A stretch of 64,000 nt of DNA from an uncultured archaeon (GTDB lineage: Archaea; Hadarchaeota; Hadarchaeia; Hadarchaeales; WYZ-LMO6): NCBI GenBank assembly GCA_938074535.1, contig CALJER010000008.1, forward strand, positions 32,001-96,000. Reading direction: 5' to 3'. The translations under genes and the position numbers were made by a program. The notes under the pieces are model-generated. The model worked only from the letters and a program-made list of their open reading frames with translations, was not told the origin of the DNA and ran no database searches. Below, piece after piece: positions 30,573 to 40,914 of the stretch (its first letter is position 1; every line of letters begins with the position of its first letter).

Positions 30573-33500
30573 TCAGGCCTTATCCCGCAGCTTTATGCGG
30601 GCATCCAGGCAGAGCGACCTGAGCTCGTCCAGCATCAGCTTGAAGGCGTAGGGCATCTCCACGGTGTAGATCTCCGACTCCTCCCCGCAGAAGGAGCAGT
30701 AGGTCCTTCCCCTCCTCCTGTCGTAAACCGCAAAGTGCCCGCACTTCCCGCAGACCAGGGCATCGAACTTGTCCGAGCTCTCCAGGAGCCTGTCCCTGAG
30801 GAGCCTGGCCGCACCGTACCCTATCAGGCAGTCCCTCTCCATCTCCCCGAACCTGAGCCCCCCTTCCCTCGCCTTTCCCTCCGTGGGCTGGTGGGTGAGG
30901 ACCTGAACGGGACCCCTGGACCTCACGTGCACCTTGTCCGCCGCCATGTGATGGAGCTTCTGGTAGTAGCAAACCCCTATGAAGATCTCCGCCGGAATCA
31001 TCTCCCCTGTCATCCCGTTGTACATCACCTCCTTTCCCACCGGCTGGAAGCCCCTCTCCTTCAGCATCTCCCTGATTTTCTCCTCGGGCTCGCCTCCGAA
31101 GGTGGTGCCGTCCATCACCCTGCCTGCCAGCGCCCCCGCCTTCCCCGCCACCATCTCCAGGAGCTGCCCTATGGACATCCTGGAAGGTATGGCGTGCGGG
31201 TTGATGATGAGGTCGGGAACGATGCCGCTCTCCGTGAAGGGCATGTCCGCTCCGTCCATCACCAATCCCACCACTCCCTTCTGCCCGTGCCTCGAGGCAA
31301 ACTTGTCCCCCACCTCCGGTATCCTGAGGCTCCTCACCCTCACCCTGGCCGCCCTGTTTCCCTCGGCCGTCATCACCAGGTAAACCATGTCGGCTATTCC
31401 TTCCTCCCCTGGTTTTATCCGGATGGAGCTCTCCCTCCTTCCCACCTCCATCTTCACCCCGAACTCGTCCGTTTCTTCGAAGAACCTCGGGGGGCTGGTC
31501 CTACCTATCACCACGTCCTCCACCCTGAGCCTGGACTCCGGCTCCACTATTCCCTCCTCTCCCAGGTTGGCGTAGCGGGAGATGTCCGAGTACCCTCTTA
31601 CCTCCTCGCTGGGTATCTCGAACTTGTCCCTCTGCCCTCCGGAGTACCTTCCCTCCTCGGCCTCGTAAATGGTGAAGGAGGTGCTCCTCCCCAGCCCACG
31701 GTCTATCGAATCCCTGTTGACGATGAGGGCGTCCTCCATGTTGTAACCTCCGTAGCAGGCGATGGCCACCACCAGATTCTGACCGCAGGGCCTCTCCCCC
31801 AGCCCCAGGAGGTCCACCACCTTGGTCCCCACCAGGGGGCGCTGGGGGTAGTGGAGGAAGTAGGCGTGGGTGTCGGTCCTGATGTGCATGCTCACGGAGA
31901 AAATTCCCAGGGCCTGCTTCGCCATGTTCGCCCCGTAGGTGTTCCTGGGAGACTGGTTGTGCTCGGCGTAGGGGATGAGGGAAGCGCTTCCTCCCAGCAT
32001 GGCCAAGGGGTGAAGCTCCAGGTGGGTGTGCTCGCTCGTGAGCTCCTCGGGGTTGACCGCCACATAGGTGTTCTCCTCCTCGTCCGCGTCCAGGTACTCC
32101 ACCACCCCGCTCCTGACGAGCTCGCTCCAGCTCATCCTGCCGCTCCTGAGCATCTCCAGGTGCTGGTCGGTGACCAGGGGCTTGCCTCCCTCAACCACTA
32201 TCAGGGGCCTCCGCACCCTCCCGGGGTCGCACCAGACCGTTACCTCGTTGGTGTCCCTCTTGAACCTGACGTTCACCTGATCGCTGAGCTCTCCCCTCCT
32301 CCTTCTCTCCCTGATTTCCCTGGCAAGCTTCTCCCCATCCCCCACCGTTCCTATCACCCTTCCGTTGAGGAAGACCGCCACCCTGCCGCTGCGCTCCCCC
32401 CCCTTCCTGATGGGAAACACTCCTATCCCGTAAAGGGCCTTCTCCACCTTCTCCTCATCCTCCCCCGTGGAGATCTCAGCGGTGAGGGCAAGGTTCTTGA
32501 CCAAACCGCAGTTGGGTCCCTCGGGCGTTTCCGACGGACATATCTTCCCCCAGTGGGTGGGGTGGAGGTCCCTGGCCTCGAAGTGCGGCTGACTCCTGCT
32601 CAGGGGGGAGATGATCCTGCGGAGGTGGGAGAGCGCCGAGAGGTAGTTGGTCCTGTCCAGGAGCTGGCTCACCCCCGTCCTCCCGCCGGGCCAGTTGCCC
32701 GTCGCCAGCGTATGCCTGATCTGCTCGGTGAGGAGGTCCGCCCTGGCCGCCGTCCTGAGGTTGAGCTCCCTGCCCCTGGAATGGGAGCGCTCCAGCTGGT
32801 ACTTGATGTCCTTGATGAGGTTGACGAGGGCGACCCTGAAGATGTTCTCCAGCATCTCCCCGCTCAGCTTCAGGCGCTTGTTGCCGTAGTGGTCCTTGTC
32901 GTCCACCCCCCTCCTTCCCAGCGAGAGCTCTATCACCCTCTCCACCATGCTTCCCAGGAAGTACGCCTTGGCCGGCCTGTCCTCGGGGGAGGTGCCTATG
33001 TGGGGGAGGAGGTACTTGTCCAGGACCTCCTGGGCCCTCTGGAGCCTGTAGCTCTTCATCTGCCCTATGGCCACCCTCTTCCCTATGAAGTCGAGCGCGT
33101 CCTTCTCCGTTTTTATCTCCACCCCCTCCGTCAGGTTCTCGAAAAGCTCCCTCACGATCTCGGGGTCGTCGGAGACCGCCTCCACGATGTCCTTGTCCTT
33201 GACCAGGCCCAGGGCCCTCATCACCACCACCAGCGGCAGCTGTCCCGGAACCGAGGGGAAGGAAACCCGTATCAGGCCGTCCTTCTTGCGCTCCACCACC
33301 ACCAGGGCGCGGAAGCCCCTGCGGCTGGAGAAGACCTTGGCCACCTCCACCCCCAGGCGCTCGTCCCTCTCCACCAGGATGGAGTTCGTGGCCAGGTCGT
33401 CCTGGATGACGATGACCCTCTCGGACCCGTTGATGATGAAGTACCCTCCCGGGTCCATGGGGTCCTCCCCCATGGCCACCAGCTCCTCCTCGCTCTTCCC

Positions 33501-33890
33501 GTAGAGAACGCATTTCTTGGACTTCAGCATCACAGGAATTTCCCCTATCATCACCGTCTGGGGTGGAAACTTCTGCCCCCCGGAGACGATGCTCATCTCC
33601 AGGTAGAGGGGGGCCAGATAGCTCATGTTGCGCATCCTGGCGATGTGGGGGGTAACGTTGGGTGGTCTGGAGTAGGACCCATCAGCTTCCCTGAACCAGG
33701 GCTCGCCCACGGTGATCCTGCCGAACTCCACGCGGGTTCCCTCTATGTCGAGGTCTATTCCGCCCACGTCGTCTATCACCCGCTGGAGACCCTTCTCGAT
33801 GAACTCGTTGTAGGAATCCAGGTGCTGCCTGACCAGGCCCCTTTCCCTCAGGAAGGACTCCACCAGGACCCATCTGTCCCTGAGCACCAA
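30573..33890 (-). CDS. rpoB: RNA polymerase subunit B (Rpo2, unsplit)
   Basis: GGYFIINGSERV, ETPEGPNCG, GDKFASRHGQKG, GGLRFGEMERD. Confidence 0.98.
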   Translation of the reverse strand: MVLRDRWVLVESFLRERGLVRQHLDSYNEFIEKGLQRVIDDVGGIDLDIEGTRVEFGRITVGEPWFREADGSYSRPPNVTPHIARMRNMSYLAPLYLEMSIVSGGQKFPPQTVMIGEIPVMLKSKKCVLYGKSEEELVAMGEDPMDPGGYFIINGSERVIVIQDDLATNSILVERDERLGVEVAKVFSSRRGFRALVVVERKKDGLIRVSFPSVPGQLPLVVVMRALGLVKDKDIVEAVSDDPEIVRELFENLTEGVEIKTEKDALDFIGKRVAIGQMKSYRLQRAQEVLDKYLLPHIGTSPEDRPAKAYFLGSMVERVIELSLGRRGVDDKDHYGNKRLKLSGEMLENIFRVALVNLIKDIKYQLERSHSRGRELNLRTAARADLLTEQIRHTLATGNWPGGRTGVSQLLDRTNYLSALSHLRRIISPLSRSQPHFEARDLHPTHWGKICPSETPEGPNCGLVKNLALTAEISTGEDEEKVEKALYGIGVFPIRKGGERSGRVAVFLNGRVIGTVGDGEKLAREIRERRRRGELSDQVNVRFKRDTNEVTVWCDPGRVRRPLIVVEGGKPLVTDQHLEMLRSGRMSWSELVRSGVVEYLDADEEENTYVAVNPEELTSEHTHLELHPLAMLGGSASLIPYAEHNQSPRNTYGANMAKQALGIFSVSMHIRTDTHAYFLHYPQRPLVGTKVVDLLGLGERPCGQNLVVAIACYGGYNMEDALIVNRDSIDRGLGRSTSFTIYEAEEGRYSGGQRDKFEIPSEEVRGYSDISRYANLGEEGIVEPESRLRVEDVVIGRTSPPRFFEETDEFGVKMEVGRRESSIRIKPGEEGIADMVYLVMTAEGNRAARVRVRSLRIPEVGDKFASRHGQKGVVGLVMDGADMPFTESGIVPDLIINPHAIPSRMSIGQLLEMVAGKAGALAGRVMDGTTFGGEPEEKIREMLKERGFQPVGKEVMYNGMTGEMIPAEIFIGVCYYQKLHHMAADKVHVRSRGPVQVLTHQPTEGKAREGGLRFGEMERDCLIGYGAARLLRDRLLESSDKFDALVCGKCGHFAVYDRRRGRTYCSFCGEESEIYTVEMPYAFKLMLDELRSLCLDARIKLRDKA

Positions 33891-33894
33891 CCCC

Positions 33895-34137
33895 CTATCC
33901 CTCCACCACGTACCTGTACGCCAAGGCTCTCCCCGCGGTGAAGCTCTCCCTCTTGATCTCCACGATATCCCCGGGCTTGGCCCCGATGGCCCTGGCCACC
34001 GGGTCTGAGCTCTTTATCAGGGGGAGCTGGTGGGGCTTCACCCTGTATCTCCTTAGAACCTCCTCCCCCTCCTCCTTTGACAGCACCCTGTGTTCGGGCA
34101 CCAGCACGTGCCCCCGGGGATCTAACTCCTCGCTCAT
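33895..34137 (-). CDS. rpoH: RNA polymerase subunit H (Rpo5)
   Basis: [28 protein letters not shown]. Confidence 0.96.
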   Translation of the reverse strand: MSEELDPRGHVLVPEHRVLSKEEGEEVLRRYRVKPHQLPLIKSSDPVARAIGAKPGDIVEIKRESFTAGRALAYRYVVEG

Positions 34138-34150
34138 CCTCCCGCCCATA

Positions 34151-34225
34151 CGGGCCTGGTGGGATTCGAACCCACGACTCCCGGCTTAAAAGGCCGGTGC
34201 GCTAGCCAGACTGCGCTACAGGCCC
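34151..34225 (-). tRNA. tRNA-Lys(TTT)
   Basis: Acceptor GGGCCTG/CAGGCCC-G, anticodon arm CCGGC-CTTTTAA-GCCGG, GGTTCGAATCC T-loop. Confidence 0.96.
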
Positions 34226-34313
34226 AACTAAGCAAGGGGTCGAAACTACTTATATTTATCTCTTTCGGATGAAGGGCGGACCCTCCCTCCCGTCTCACCA
34301 TCCCCGCGAAGGC

Positions 34314-35789
34314 CTACTCAACTTCGTATACCCTCCCCCTCTCCACCTCCCCGCTCTCGAACCTCTCCCTCATCTCATCCGCTATCCTCTGCGCCAGAGG
34401 GGTGGGGTACTCCCCGGTGAGGCAGCCGAGACAGAGCTCGTCCCTCCTCATCCCGGTCGCCCTCACGAAGCCCTCCAGGGACTGGTAGTGAACGGAATCC
34501 GCCCCTATCAGGCGCGCTATCTCCTCCTCCCCGTGGGTGGAGCCTATCAGCTCACCGAAGGTGGCCATGTCTATGCCGTAGAAGCAGGGGGAGAGGATGC
34601 GCGGGAAGGTGAAGTACATGTGGATTTCCTTGGCCCCGGCCATCCTGAGCTTCCTTATCACCCTCCTGGAGGTGTCCCCCCTCACTATCGAGTCCTCCAC
34701 CACCGCTATCCTCTTCCCCCGGAGGTTCTCCGTGACATTCAATTTCTTGGAAATGATCTTTTCCCTCTCCTCCGAGCTCGAGATGAAGGCCCGGTCCACC
34801 ACGTACCTGTGTCTCCTCACGGCCCTCTCCCAGGGTATGCCCGTTACCTCGTGCATCCCGTAAGCTGCGTCATCCCCCGTGGAGGGTATGGAGACTATCA
34901 CGTCCACCCTCCTCTCGAGCTCCGGATCCTCTCTGGCGAGGTTCCTCCCGAACTCCTCCCTCACCTTGTACACCGACTTACCGTTGCAGAGCAGGGAGTC
35001 CGGTCTGGCGAAGTAGGCGAACTCGAAGCTGCAGAAAGCCCTTCTCTCCCCCTTCACTATCCTCTCCCTTCTGGCCCCCTCCTCGGACCAGATCAGGAGC
35101 TCCCCCGGCTGAACCTCAGCCTCGTACCTGAACTCGTTTATGTCCAGTCCCACGCTCTCGGAGGACACGGCGAAGGTTTGGTTGTTCGGGCTACAACCGT
35201 AGCACAGGGGCTTTATCCCCAGCGGGTCCCTGAAGGCGAAGAGTTCCCCCCTCTGGGTGATGCCCACCACGGAAAAGGCCCCCTCTATCCCCTTCATGCA
35301 GCCCTCCACCGCTGAGACCAGGTCGGAGCCCTTCAGCCCCTGGAGCAGCTTCCTGGAGAGGAGCTCTATGTCGGAGGAGGAGCGGGGGAGACCCCTCGCC
35401 TTCAGCTCCGCCCTGAGCTCCTTCACGTTCACCAGGTTGCCGTTGAAGGCCAGCACCACCTTCTCCTCCCTCCCCGCCACGAAGGGCTGCATGTCCCTGA
35501 GAAGCCAGTACCTGGTGCTCCTCCCCGAGGTGGCGTACCTCACATGACCTATTCCCACCTTGCCCCTGAAGCTCCGGAAGAGCCTCCTCACCACGGGATG
35601 CCTGACGGGGGGGAGAAGGCCGAGGGAGCGGTGGGCGGCGAAGTCCCCCTCCCTCAGCTCCGCAAAGCCGTACGAATGATGCCCGCGGTGGTTCTGAGAA
35701 ACCAGGCCCCAGTACACGCACGGGAAGACTTCCTTACCCTCGAAGTCGAAGGCACCAAAAACTCCGCATGACTCTCCAGAAACCTCCAA
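34314..35789 (-). CDS. purF: Amidophosphoribosyltransferase
   Basis: CGVFG N-terminal nucleophile, HVRYAT, RDPLGIKPL, YFARPDS, VEDSIVRG, PCFYGIDM. Confidence 0.95.
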   Translation of the reverse strand: MEVSGESCGVFGAFDFEGKEVFPCVYWGLVSQNHRGHHSYGFAELREGDFAAHRSLGLLPPVRHPVVRRLFRSFRGKVGIGHVRYATSGRSTRYWLLRDMQPFVAGREEKVVLAFNGNLVNVKELRAELKARGLPRSSSDIELLSRKLLQGLKGSDLVSAVEGCMKGIEGAFSVVGITQRGELFAFRDPLGIKPLCYGCSPNNQTFAVSSESVGLDINEFRYEAEVQPGELLIWSEEGARRERIVKGERRAFCSFEFAYFARPDSLLCNGKSVYKVREEFGRNLAREDPELERRVDVIVSIPSTGDDAAYGMHEVTGIPWERAVRRHRYVVDRAFISSSEEREKIISKKLNVTENLRGKRIAVVEDSIVRGDTSRRVIRKLRMAGAKEIHMYFTFPRILSPCFYGIDMATFGELIGSTHGEEEIARLIGADSVHYQSLEGFVRATGMRRDELCLGCLTGEYPTPLAQRIADEMRERFESGEVERGRVYEVE

Positions 35790-35820
35790 TCCCCCACCAA
35801 CGGGTTTGGGGAGTCCCTTC

Positions 35821-36663
35821 TTAAAATTTCTTCCCCGTAACCCTTTCGTAACACTCCACGTACCTCCTGGAGGTCTGGAGGACCACCTCGGGAGGGAGGT
35901 GCGGAGCGGGGGGCTTCCTGTTCCATCCTATGCTGGTGAGGTAATCCCTCACGTACTGCTTGTCGAAGCTGGGCGGGTCTCCCCCCTCTTCGTAGCCCTC
36001 CAGGGGCCAAAAGCGGGAGGAGTCGGGGGTGAGGATCTCGTCTATGAGGAGGAGTTCCCCCCGGCTGGAGCCGAACTCGAACTTGGTGTCGGCTATCAGG
36101 ATCCCCCTCTTCTCGGCCATGGAAAGGGCCCTTCCGTAGAGGGAGAGGGAGAGCTCCCCGATCTCCTCCGCCACCTCCTTCCCCAGCTTTTCCACCACCT
36201 CCTCCCATCGCACCTCCCTGTCGTGTCCGCTCTCCTCCTTGGTGGTGGGGGTGAGGATGGGCTCCGGCAGCCTGGAGGCCTTCTTGAGGCCTGGGGGAAG
36301 GCGGATTCCGCACACGCTCCTCCCCTTCGCGTAGCTCTCCCAGGCGGAACCGTAGAGGAAGCCCCTGACGATGAACTCGAAGGGAAGGGGGGAGGCCCTC
36401 CTCACCAGCATGCTCCTCCCGTCCACCGCCTCCAGGAAGTGGTTCGGAACGTCCCTGAAGAGAGTGAACCAGAAAACGGAGAGCCTGTTCAGGGCCTCGC
36501 CCTTGTGGGGAATGCCGTTGGGAAGCACCACATCGAAGGCCGAGATCCTGTCGGTGGAGACCACCAGCAGGCTCTCCCCCAGCTCGTAGATGTCCCTGAC
36601 CTTCCCTCTCTTGAAGAGCCTGAGGGGAAGTTCCGAGTAAAGGAGGGGCTCCTCTACCTCCAT
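35821..36663 (-). CDS. purC: SAICAR synthase
   Basis: GKVRDIY, TDRISAFD, DTKFEFG, DEILTPDSSRFW, FDKQ. Confidence 0.96.
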   Translation of the reverse strand: MEVEEPLLYSELPLRLFKRGKVRDIYELGESLLVVSTDRISAFDVVLPNGIPHKGEALNRLSVFWFTLFRDVPNHFLEAVDGRSMLVRRASPLPFEFIVRGFLYGSAWESYAKGRSVCGIRLPPGLKKASRLPEPILTPTTKEESGHDREVRWEEVVEKLGKEVAEEIGELSLSLYGRALSMAEKRGILIADTKFEFGSSRGELLLIDEILTPDSSRFWPLEGYEEGGDPPSFDKQYVRDYLTSIGWNRKPPAPHLPPEVVLQTSRRYVECYERVTGKKF

Positions 36664-37133
36664 CCTCTCACGGCCGCCTCGTCGGCGGAGAGGACTTCCT
36701 CCCTTCTCTTCCTCTGCCAGGAAGAGAGCTTCTCCGCCAGCCCTCTGTCCACCAAGGAGAGGATCTTGGCGGCTGCCAGGGCTGCCCCCTCAGGATCCGC
36801 CACCACCAGGGGAGCCACTCCCCGGGGCATGCGCAGGGAGGAGAAGATGTCGAAGGGGAAGTTCTCCACCTTCACGGGGCATGAGATCACGGGATGTCTC
36901 ACCTGCGCGTCCACCATGCCGGAGAGGGCATTGGACCTTCCCACCACCGTAAGATAGACCAGCTCCTCCCCGCTGCGCTCGTACTCCTCCAGCATCCGAA
37001 GGAGCCTGTCGGGGGTCTTGTGGGCGGAAGCGACCCTCTCTTCGAACTTCACCCCTAGCTCCTTTAGGAGGACCCTGGCCGGCTCGGCGAATTCCACATC
37101 GGCCTTGGACCCGTAGAGAATCACCACCTTCAT
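36654..37133 (-). CDS. purE: AIR carboxylase (class II-like PurE)
   Basis: GSKAD, SAHKTP, VGRSNALSG, PVISCP, SSLRMP.G. Confidence 0.92.
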   Translation of the reverse strand: MKVVILYGSKADVEFAEPARVLLKELGVKFEERVASAHKTPDRLLRMLEEYERSGEELVYLTVVGRSNALSGMVDAQVRHPVISCPVKVENFPFDIFSSLRMPRGVAPLVVADPEGAALAAAKILSLVDRGLAEKLSSWQRKRREEVLSADEAAVRGWR

Positions 37134-37171
37134 CGCATCCGGGTGAGAATTGGTGGGAGGGACTTTTAGTC

Positions 37172-37511
37172 CTATCGTTTCCCCGGTCGAACCCTGGGGC
37201 CCATCGCCTCCTCCACCGCCTTCCTGAGCATTCCTTCGGGTGGACAGGGGTAGCCCCTCCCCCTGCACAAGTAGATCCTGCACCCGAGCCTGCCTTCCCC
37301 CTTTCTGATCCCCTCTTGAACATCCCTCCCGTTTATCAGCACGGTGGGGGAGCCCTGGAACCCGTGCTTCCTAGCCTTTTCTTCCGTAAAGAGCTTCCAC
37401 CTCCGCCTCCGCGCCCAGCCCCTTCATAACCTCCCTGAGCACCTCCCTGGTCTTCAAGAGGCTAGGGCAATCCGGTATGTACAAAACTTGAACCCCTATC
37501 TTCCCATCCAC
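37172..37511 (-). pseudogene. Frameshifted thioredoxin-fold protein (DUF2703/DF-family-like)
   Basis: First frame gives VLYIPDCPS...EAEVEAL then TAG at 37371-37373; +1 frame continues TEEKARKHGFQGSPTVLINGRDV...GCRIY...PPEGMLRKAV to TAG ending at 37172. Confidence 0.7.
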
Positions 37512-37515
37512 GAAA

Positions 37516-38304
37516 TCACCTCAGCTCTTTCACCAGCGAAGAAAAAATCTTCCTCCCGTCTCCCCACAGAGGGGGGGACTCCCCCTTTGTCCAATCCGGG
37601 AGCTGCCAGCCGAAGACCGCCCTTTCGGGATGGGGCATCATGCCCATGATCCTGCCCGTGGGGTCGCATATGCCGGCGATATCGAAGAAGGAACCATTGG
37701 GGTTCAAGGGATATCTCCCTCCGGCGGGTCTTCCCTTCCCGTCGCAGTACCTGAAGACCAGCTGATCCTTCTCCAGGAGCCTCCTCAGGTACTCCCTCTC
37801 CCTGCCCGCCGGGAAAAGGAACTTCCCCTCCGCATGCGCCACGGGCATCCTCACCACCTCCCCCCTTCCCATCCCCCTCGTGAAAAGACACTTCCCTCCG
37901 TTCTCCACCCTCAGATACGTCCATCTGCACTCGAACCTCGCCGAGTCGTTGAGGGCGAGGGCCGCCTGCACCTCTCCCCACCGGAAGCCGGGCAGGAGCC
38001 CCGCCTCCACCAGCACCTGGAAGCCGTTGCAAATTCCCAGGATGGCTCCACCGTCCTCCACGAAGTCCTTCAGGGCGGAAAGCATCCTGCCGGCCAGCTC
38101 CTTTCCCAGAATGGCGCCGGCCCTCACCCTGTCCCCGAAGGAGAAGCCGCCGGGGATCACCAGCACCTCGCATCCCCTCAGCCCCCTCTCCAGCACCCTC
38201 CTGAAGTGGACCAGCTCCACCTCCGCACCCGCCTCTTCCAGGGCCACCTTGGTTTCGCCGTCGCAGTTGGTTCCTCCCGCCCTCACGATGCAGGCCCTCA
38301 CCAT
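37516..38304 (-). CDS. purQ: FGAM synthase glutaminase subunit
   Basis: GTNCD, PGGFSFGD, GICNGFQ, AHAEG, NPNGS, MMPHPER. Confidence 0.96.
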   Translation of the reverse strand: MVRACIVRAGGTNCDGETKVALEEAGAEVELVHFRRVLERGLRGCEVLVIPGGFSFGDRVRAGAILGKELAGRMLSALKDFVEDGGAILGICNGFQVLVEAGLLPGFRWGEVQAALALNDSARFECRWTYLRVENGGKCLFTRGMGRGEVVRMPVAHAEGKFLFPAGREREYLRRLLEKDQLVFRYCDGKGRPAGGRYPLNPNGSFFDIAGICDPTGRIMGMMPHPERAVFGWQLPDWTKGESPPLWGDGRKIFSSLVKELR

Positions 38305-40652
38305 GCTGGGCTCCTCCACGCCCTCCTCAGCTCCTCCGCCCCCACCTCCCACTTCTTCCCCCCCCTCCCCACCCTTAGGAGGCCTTCCTCCAACACCCGG
38401 CCTATCCTAGAGGCCCTCCTCCCCGCCACCCTCCTGAACTCCTCCTCCTTCTCCTTCTTCACCTCCAGCAGGAACCTGCTGTTGGACTCGGAGAAGAGGA
38501 GGAAGTCCTCCCTCAGCCTGCCCCCGGAGGGCACCAGCGAGAGGTCCACCTCCGCCCCCACCTCCCCGCCCAGCACCATCTCGGCCAGAGCCACTGCCAG
38601 TCCCCCCTCGGAGAGGTCGTGACACGCCCTCACCAGTCCCCTCTGCAGGGCCTCCTCCACCACCCCCAGGTTCCTCCTGGCTTCCCCGAGCCTCACCTTG
38701 GGAACGCTCTTCCCCAGGTATCCCAGCAGGGCATAGTACTCCGAGCCGCCCAGCTCCGGGAAGGTGGTTCCCACGAGGTAAAGGGGATCTCCCTCCCTCT
38801 TCAGCTCCACGGAAACGGCCTTTTTCACCTCGGGTATCACCCCCACCGCTGTGATCAGGAGGGTGGGGGTGACGGGTCCCAAAGGGGACTCGTTGTACAG
38901 GCTGTCCTTTCCCGAGATGAAGGGGGTTCCGAGGCCCCTGGCGAAGCGATAGCATGCCTCGCAGGCCCTGACGAGCGAACCGAGCTGCTCCTCCCTCTCG
39001 GGGCTGCCCCACACGAAGTTGTCCAGCAGGGCTATCCTTCTTCCCCCCACCGCCACGTTGTTCCTCACCGCCTCCTCCAGGCTCGAAGCCGCCATCCAGT
39101 AGGGATCTATCTTTCCGTACCTGGGCTTCAGCCCGCAGGAGAGGACCACCCCCTTCTCCGAAGCGGGGAGGGGCTTCAGCACCACTCCATCGTTGGGCGC
39201 CCCGTGCTCACCCTGCAGGGGCTTGAGGACGGTTCCTCCCTGGACCTCGTGGTCATACGTCCTGATGACCTCCTCCCTGCTGCACAGGTTGGGGGAGGAG
39301 AGGAGCCTGAGAAGGACTTTCCTGGGCTCGGGAGGGGAGAAGCTGGGCTCCTCCAGGGAGGGCGCCCTATACTCCCCCCTCCTCTCCACGAGGGGAGGGG
39401 AAAAGAGAAAGTCCAGATCCAGCTCGGCCACCCTGTGCCCCCTGTAGAAGACCCTGAGCGGACCTTCTTCCATGAACCTCCCGATGGGGGTGGCCTCCAC
39501 CTCCTCCTCCTCGAAAATCCCCACCACCTCCTCCAGGTTCTCGGGCGGGACGCTCAGGGCCATCCTTTCCTGGGATTCCGAGACCCAGATCTCCCAGGGC
39601 CTCATCCCCGAGTACTTGAGCGGAACCTTCTCCAGCCACACCTCCACCCCGCATCCCGCCTCCCTCGCCATCTCCCCGCTGGCGCAGGAAATCCCCCCTC
39701 CCCCAAGGTCGGTGATGGAACTGGCGAGACCCCTGTCCGCTATCTCCAGGATTCCCCTCCTGAGCTTTTCCTCCTCTATGGGATCGGGGATCTGAACGGC
39801 CGGCCTGGAGACCTCCTCAGACTCCTCGGAGAGTTCCAGCGAGGCGAAGGTAACCCCGTGGATGCCATCCCTCCCCGTCCTTCCCCCCGCCAGCACCAGC
39901 AGGTCCCCAGGCTTCGTCCTCTTCACGTAGTTCTTGAGGGGGAGGAGCCCCACACACCCGCAGTACACCACGGGGTTGCCCACGTAGCTCTCGTCGAAGT
40001 AGATGGCCCCGGCCACGGTGGGAATGCCCATGTTGTTTCCGTAGGCCCCTATCCCGGCCACCACACCCCTGTAGACGTAGCGGGGATGCTTGACCCCGGG
40101 GGGGAGTCTGTCGTAGGGGAAGTTGAGGGGACCGAACCCCAGCACATCCAAGCAGGCTATGGGCTTCGCCCACACGCCCAGGATGTCCCTGATCACCCCA
40201 CCCACCCCCGTGGCCGCCCCGCCGAAGGGCTCGATGGCCGAGGGGTGATTGTGTGTCTCCACCTTCACGGCGAGAGCGTGACCGTCCTCGAACTCCACGA
40301 TCCCAGCGTTGTCTCTAAAGGTGGAGACGCACCAGGGGGGGGAAAGCTCCTCCGTGGCCCTGGCTATGAAGTCCCTGAAGAGCCTGACCCTCCTCCTCCC
40401 CACCCTCACCGTCCCCTTGAAGGTCTTGTGGAAGCAGTGCTCGGACCAGGTTTGGGCAATCCCCTGCAGCTCCACGTCGGTGGGGTCCCTGCCCTTCCTG
40501 GAGAAGTACCTGCGGCACTCCTCCATTTCCCTCAGGCTCATGGCCAGGCCCATTTCCCGGCTTATCCGGGAAAGCTCCTCCCTGCCCGCCCCCCGCAAGC
40601 CTATCTCGTACAGCTCGAAGGGGAGCGGAAGCCTCCTGTAGAGCTCGCTCAA
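38298..40652 (-). CDS. purL: FGAM synthase subunit
   Basis: WSEHCFHK, ETHNHPS.IEPFGGAATG, GRDGIHG, SESQERM, HDLSEGG. Confidence 0.97.
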   Translation of the reverse strand: MSELYRRLPLPFELYEIGLRGAGREELSRISREMGLAMSLREMEECRRYFSRKGRDPTDVELQGIAQTWSEHCFHKTFKGTVRVGRRRVRLFRDFIARATEELSPPWCVSTFRDNAGIVEFEDGHALAVKVETHNHPSAIEPFGGAATGVGGVIRDILGVWAKPIACLDVLGFGPLNFPYDRLPPGVKHPRYVYRGVVAGIGAYGNNMGIPTVAGAIYFDESYVGNPVVYCGCVGLLPLKNYVKRTKPGDLLVLAGGRTGRDGIHGVTFASLELSEESEEVSRPAVQIPDPIEEEKLRRGILEIADRGLASSITDLGGGGISCASGEMAREAGCGVEVWLEKVPLKYSGMRPWEIWVSESQERMALSVPPENLEEVVGIFEEEEVEATPIGRFMEEGPLRVFYRGHRVAELDLDFLFSPPLVERRGEYRAPSLEEPSFSPPEPRKVLLRLLSSPNLCSREEVIRTYDHEVQGGTVLKPLQGEHGAPNDGVVLKPLPASEKGVVLSCGLKPRYGKIDPYWMAASSLEEAVRNNVAVGGRRIALLDNFVWGSPEREEQLGSLVRACEACYRFARGLGTPFISGKDSLYNESPLGPVTPTLLITAVGVIPEVKKAVSVELKREGDPLYLVGTTFPELGGSEYYALLGYLGKSVPKVRLGEARRNLGVVEEALQRGLVRACHDLSEGGLAVALAEMVLGGEVGAEVDLSLVPSGGRLREDFLLFSESNSRFLLEVKKEKEEEFRRVAGRRASRIGRVLEEGLLRVGRGGKKWEVGAEELRRAWRSPAW

Positions 40653-40655
40653 CCC

Positions 40656-40910
40656 TCACCTCCCCAGCTTCCTGACCTCAAAGGAGTAGTCGTCCTTCAC
40701 GGGATTGGAGAGGAGCTTTCTGCACATCTCTTCTGTGAGCTTCCTGGCCTCCTGCAGGCTGGAGGCGGTGAGCTCTATCTCGTAAACCTTCGCCACCCCC
40801 ACGCGGCGTACCCTGTACCTAAGGTCCTGCAGGGCCCTCCTGGTGCTCTCCCCCTCCGGGTCCAGGTAGCCTGGTTTCAACCTCACCTCCACCCTGCTCA
40901 GGTACCTCAT
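40656..40910 (-). CDS. purS: FGAM synthase subunit
   Basis: LKPGYLDPEG, KLLSNPV. Confidence 0.93.
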   Translation of the reverse strand: MRYLSRVEVRLKPGYLDPEGESTRRALQDLRYRVRRVGVAKVYEIELTASSLQEARKLTEEMCRKLLSNPVKDDYSFEVRKLGR

Positions 40911-40914
40911 CCCC

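Noticed and set aside
30735-33941. Very long antisense or alternate-frame ORFs (also 4938-6935, 15219-17264, 38619-40952)
   Set aside because: They shadow well-identified genes, have low-complexity P/H/L/G-rich translations, and are expected from high GC3 codon bias
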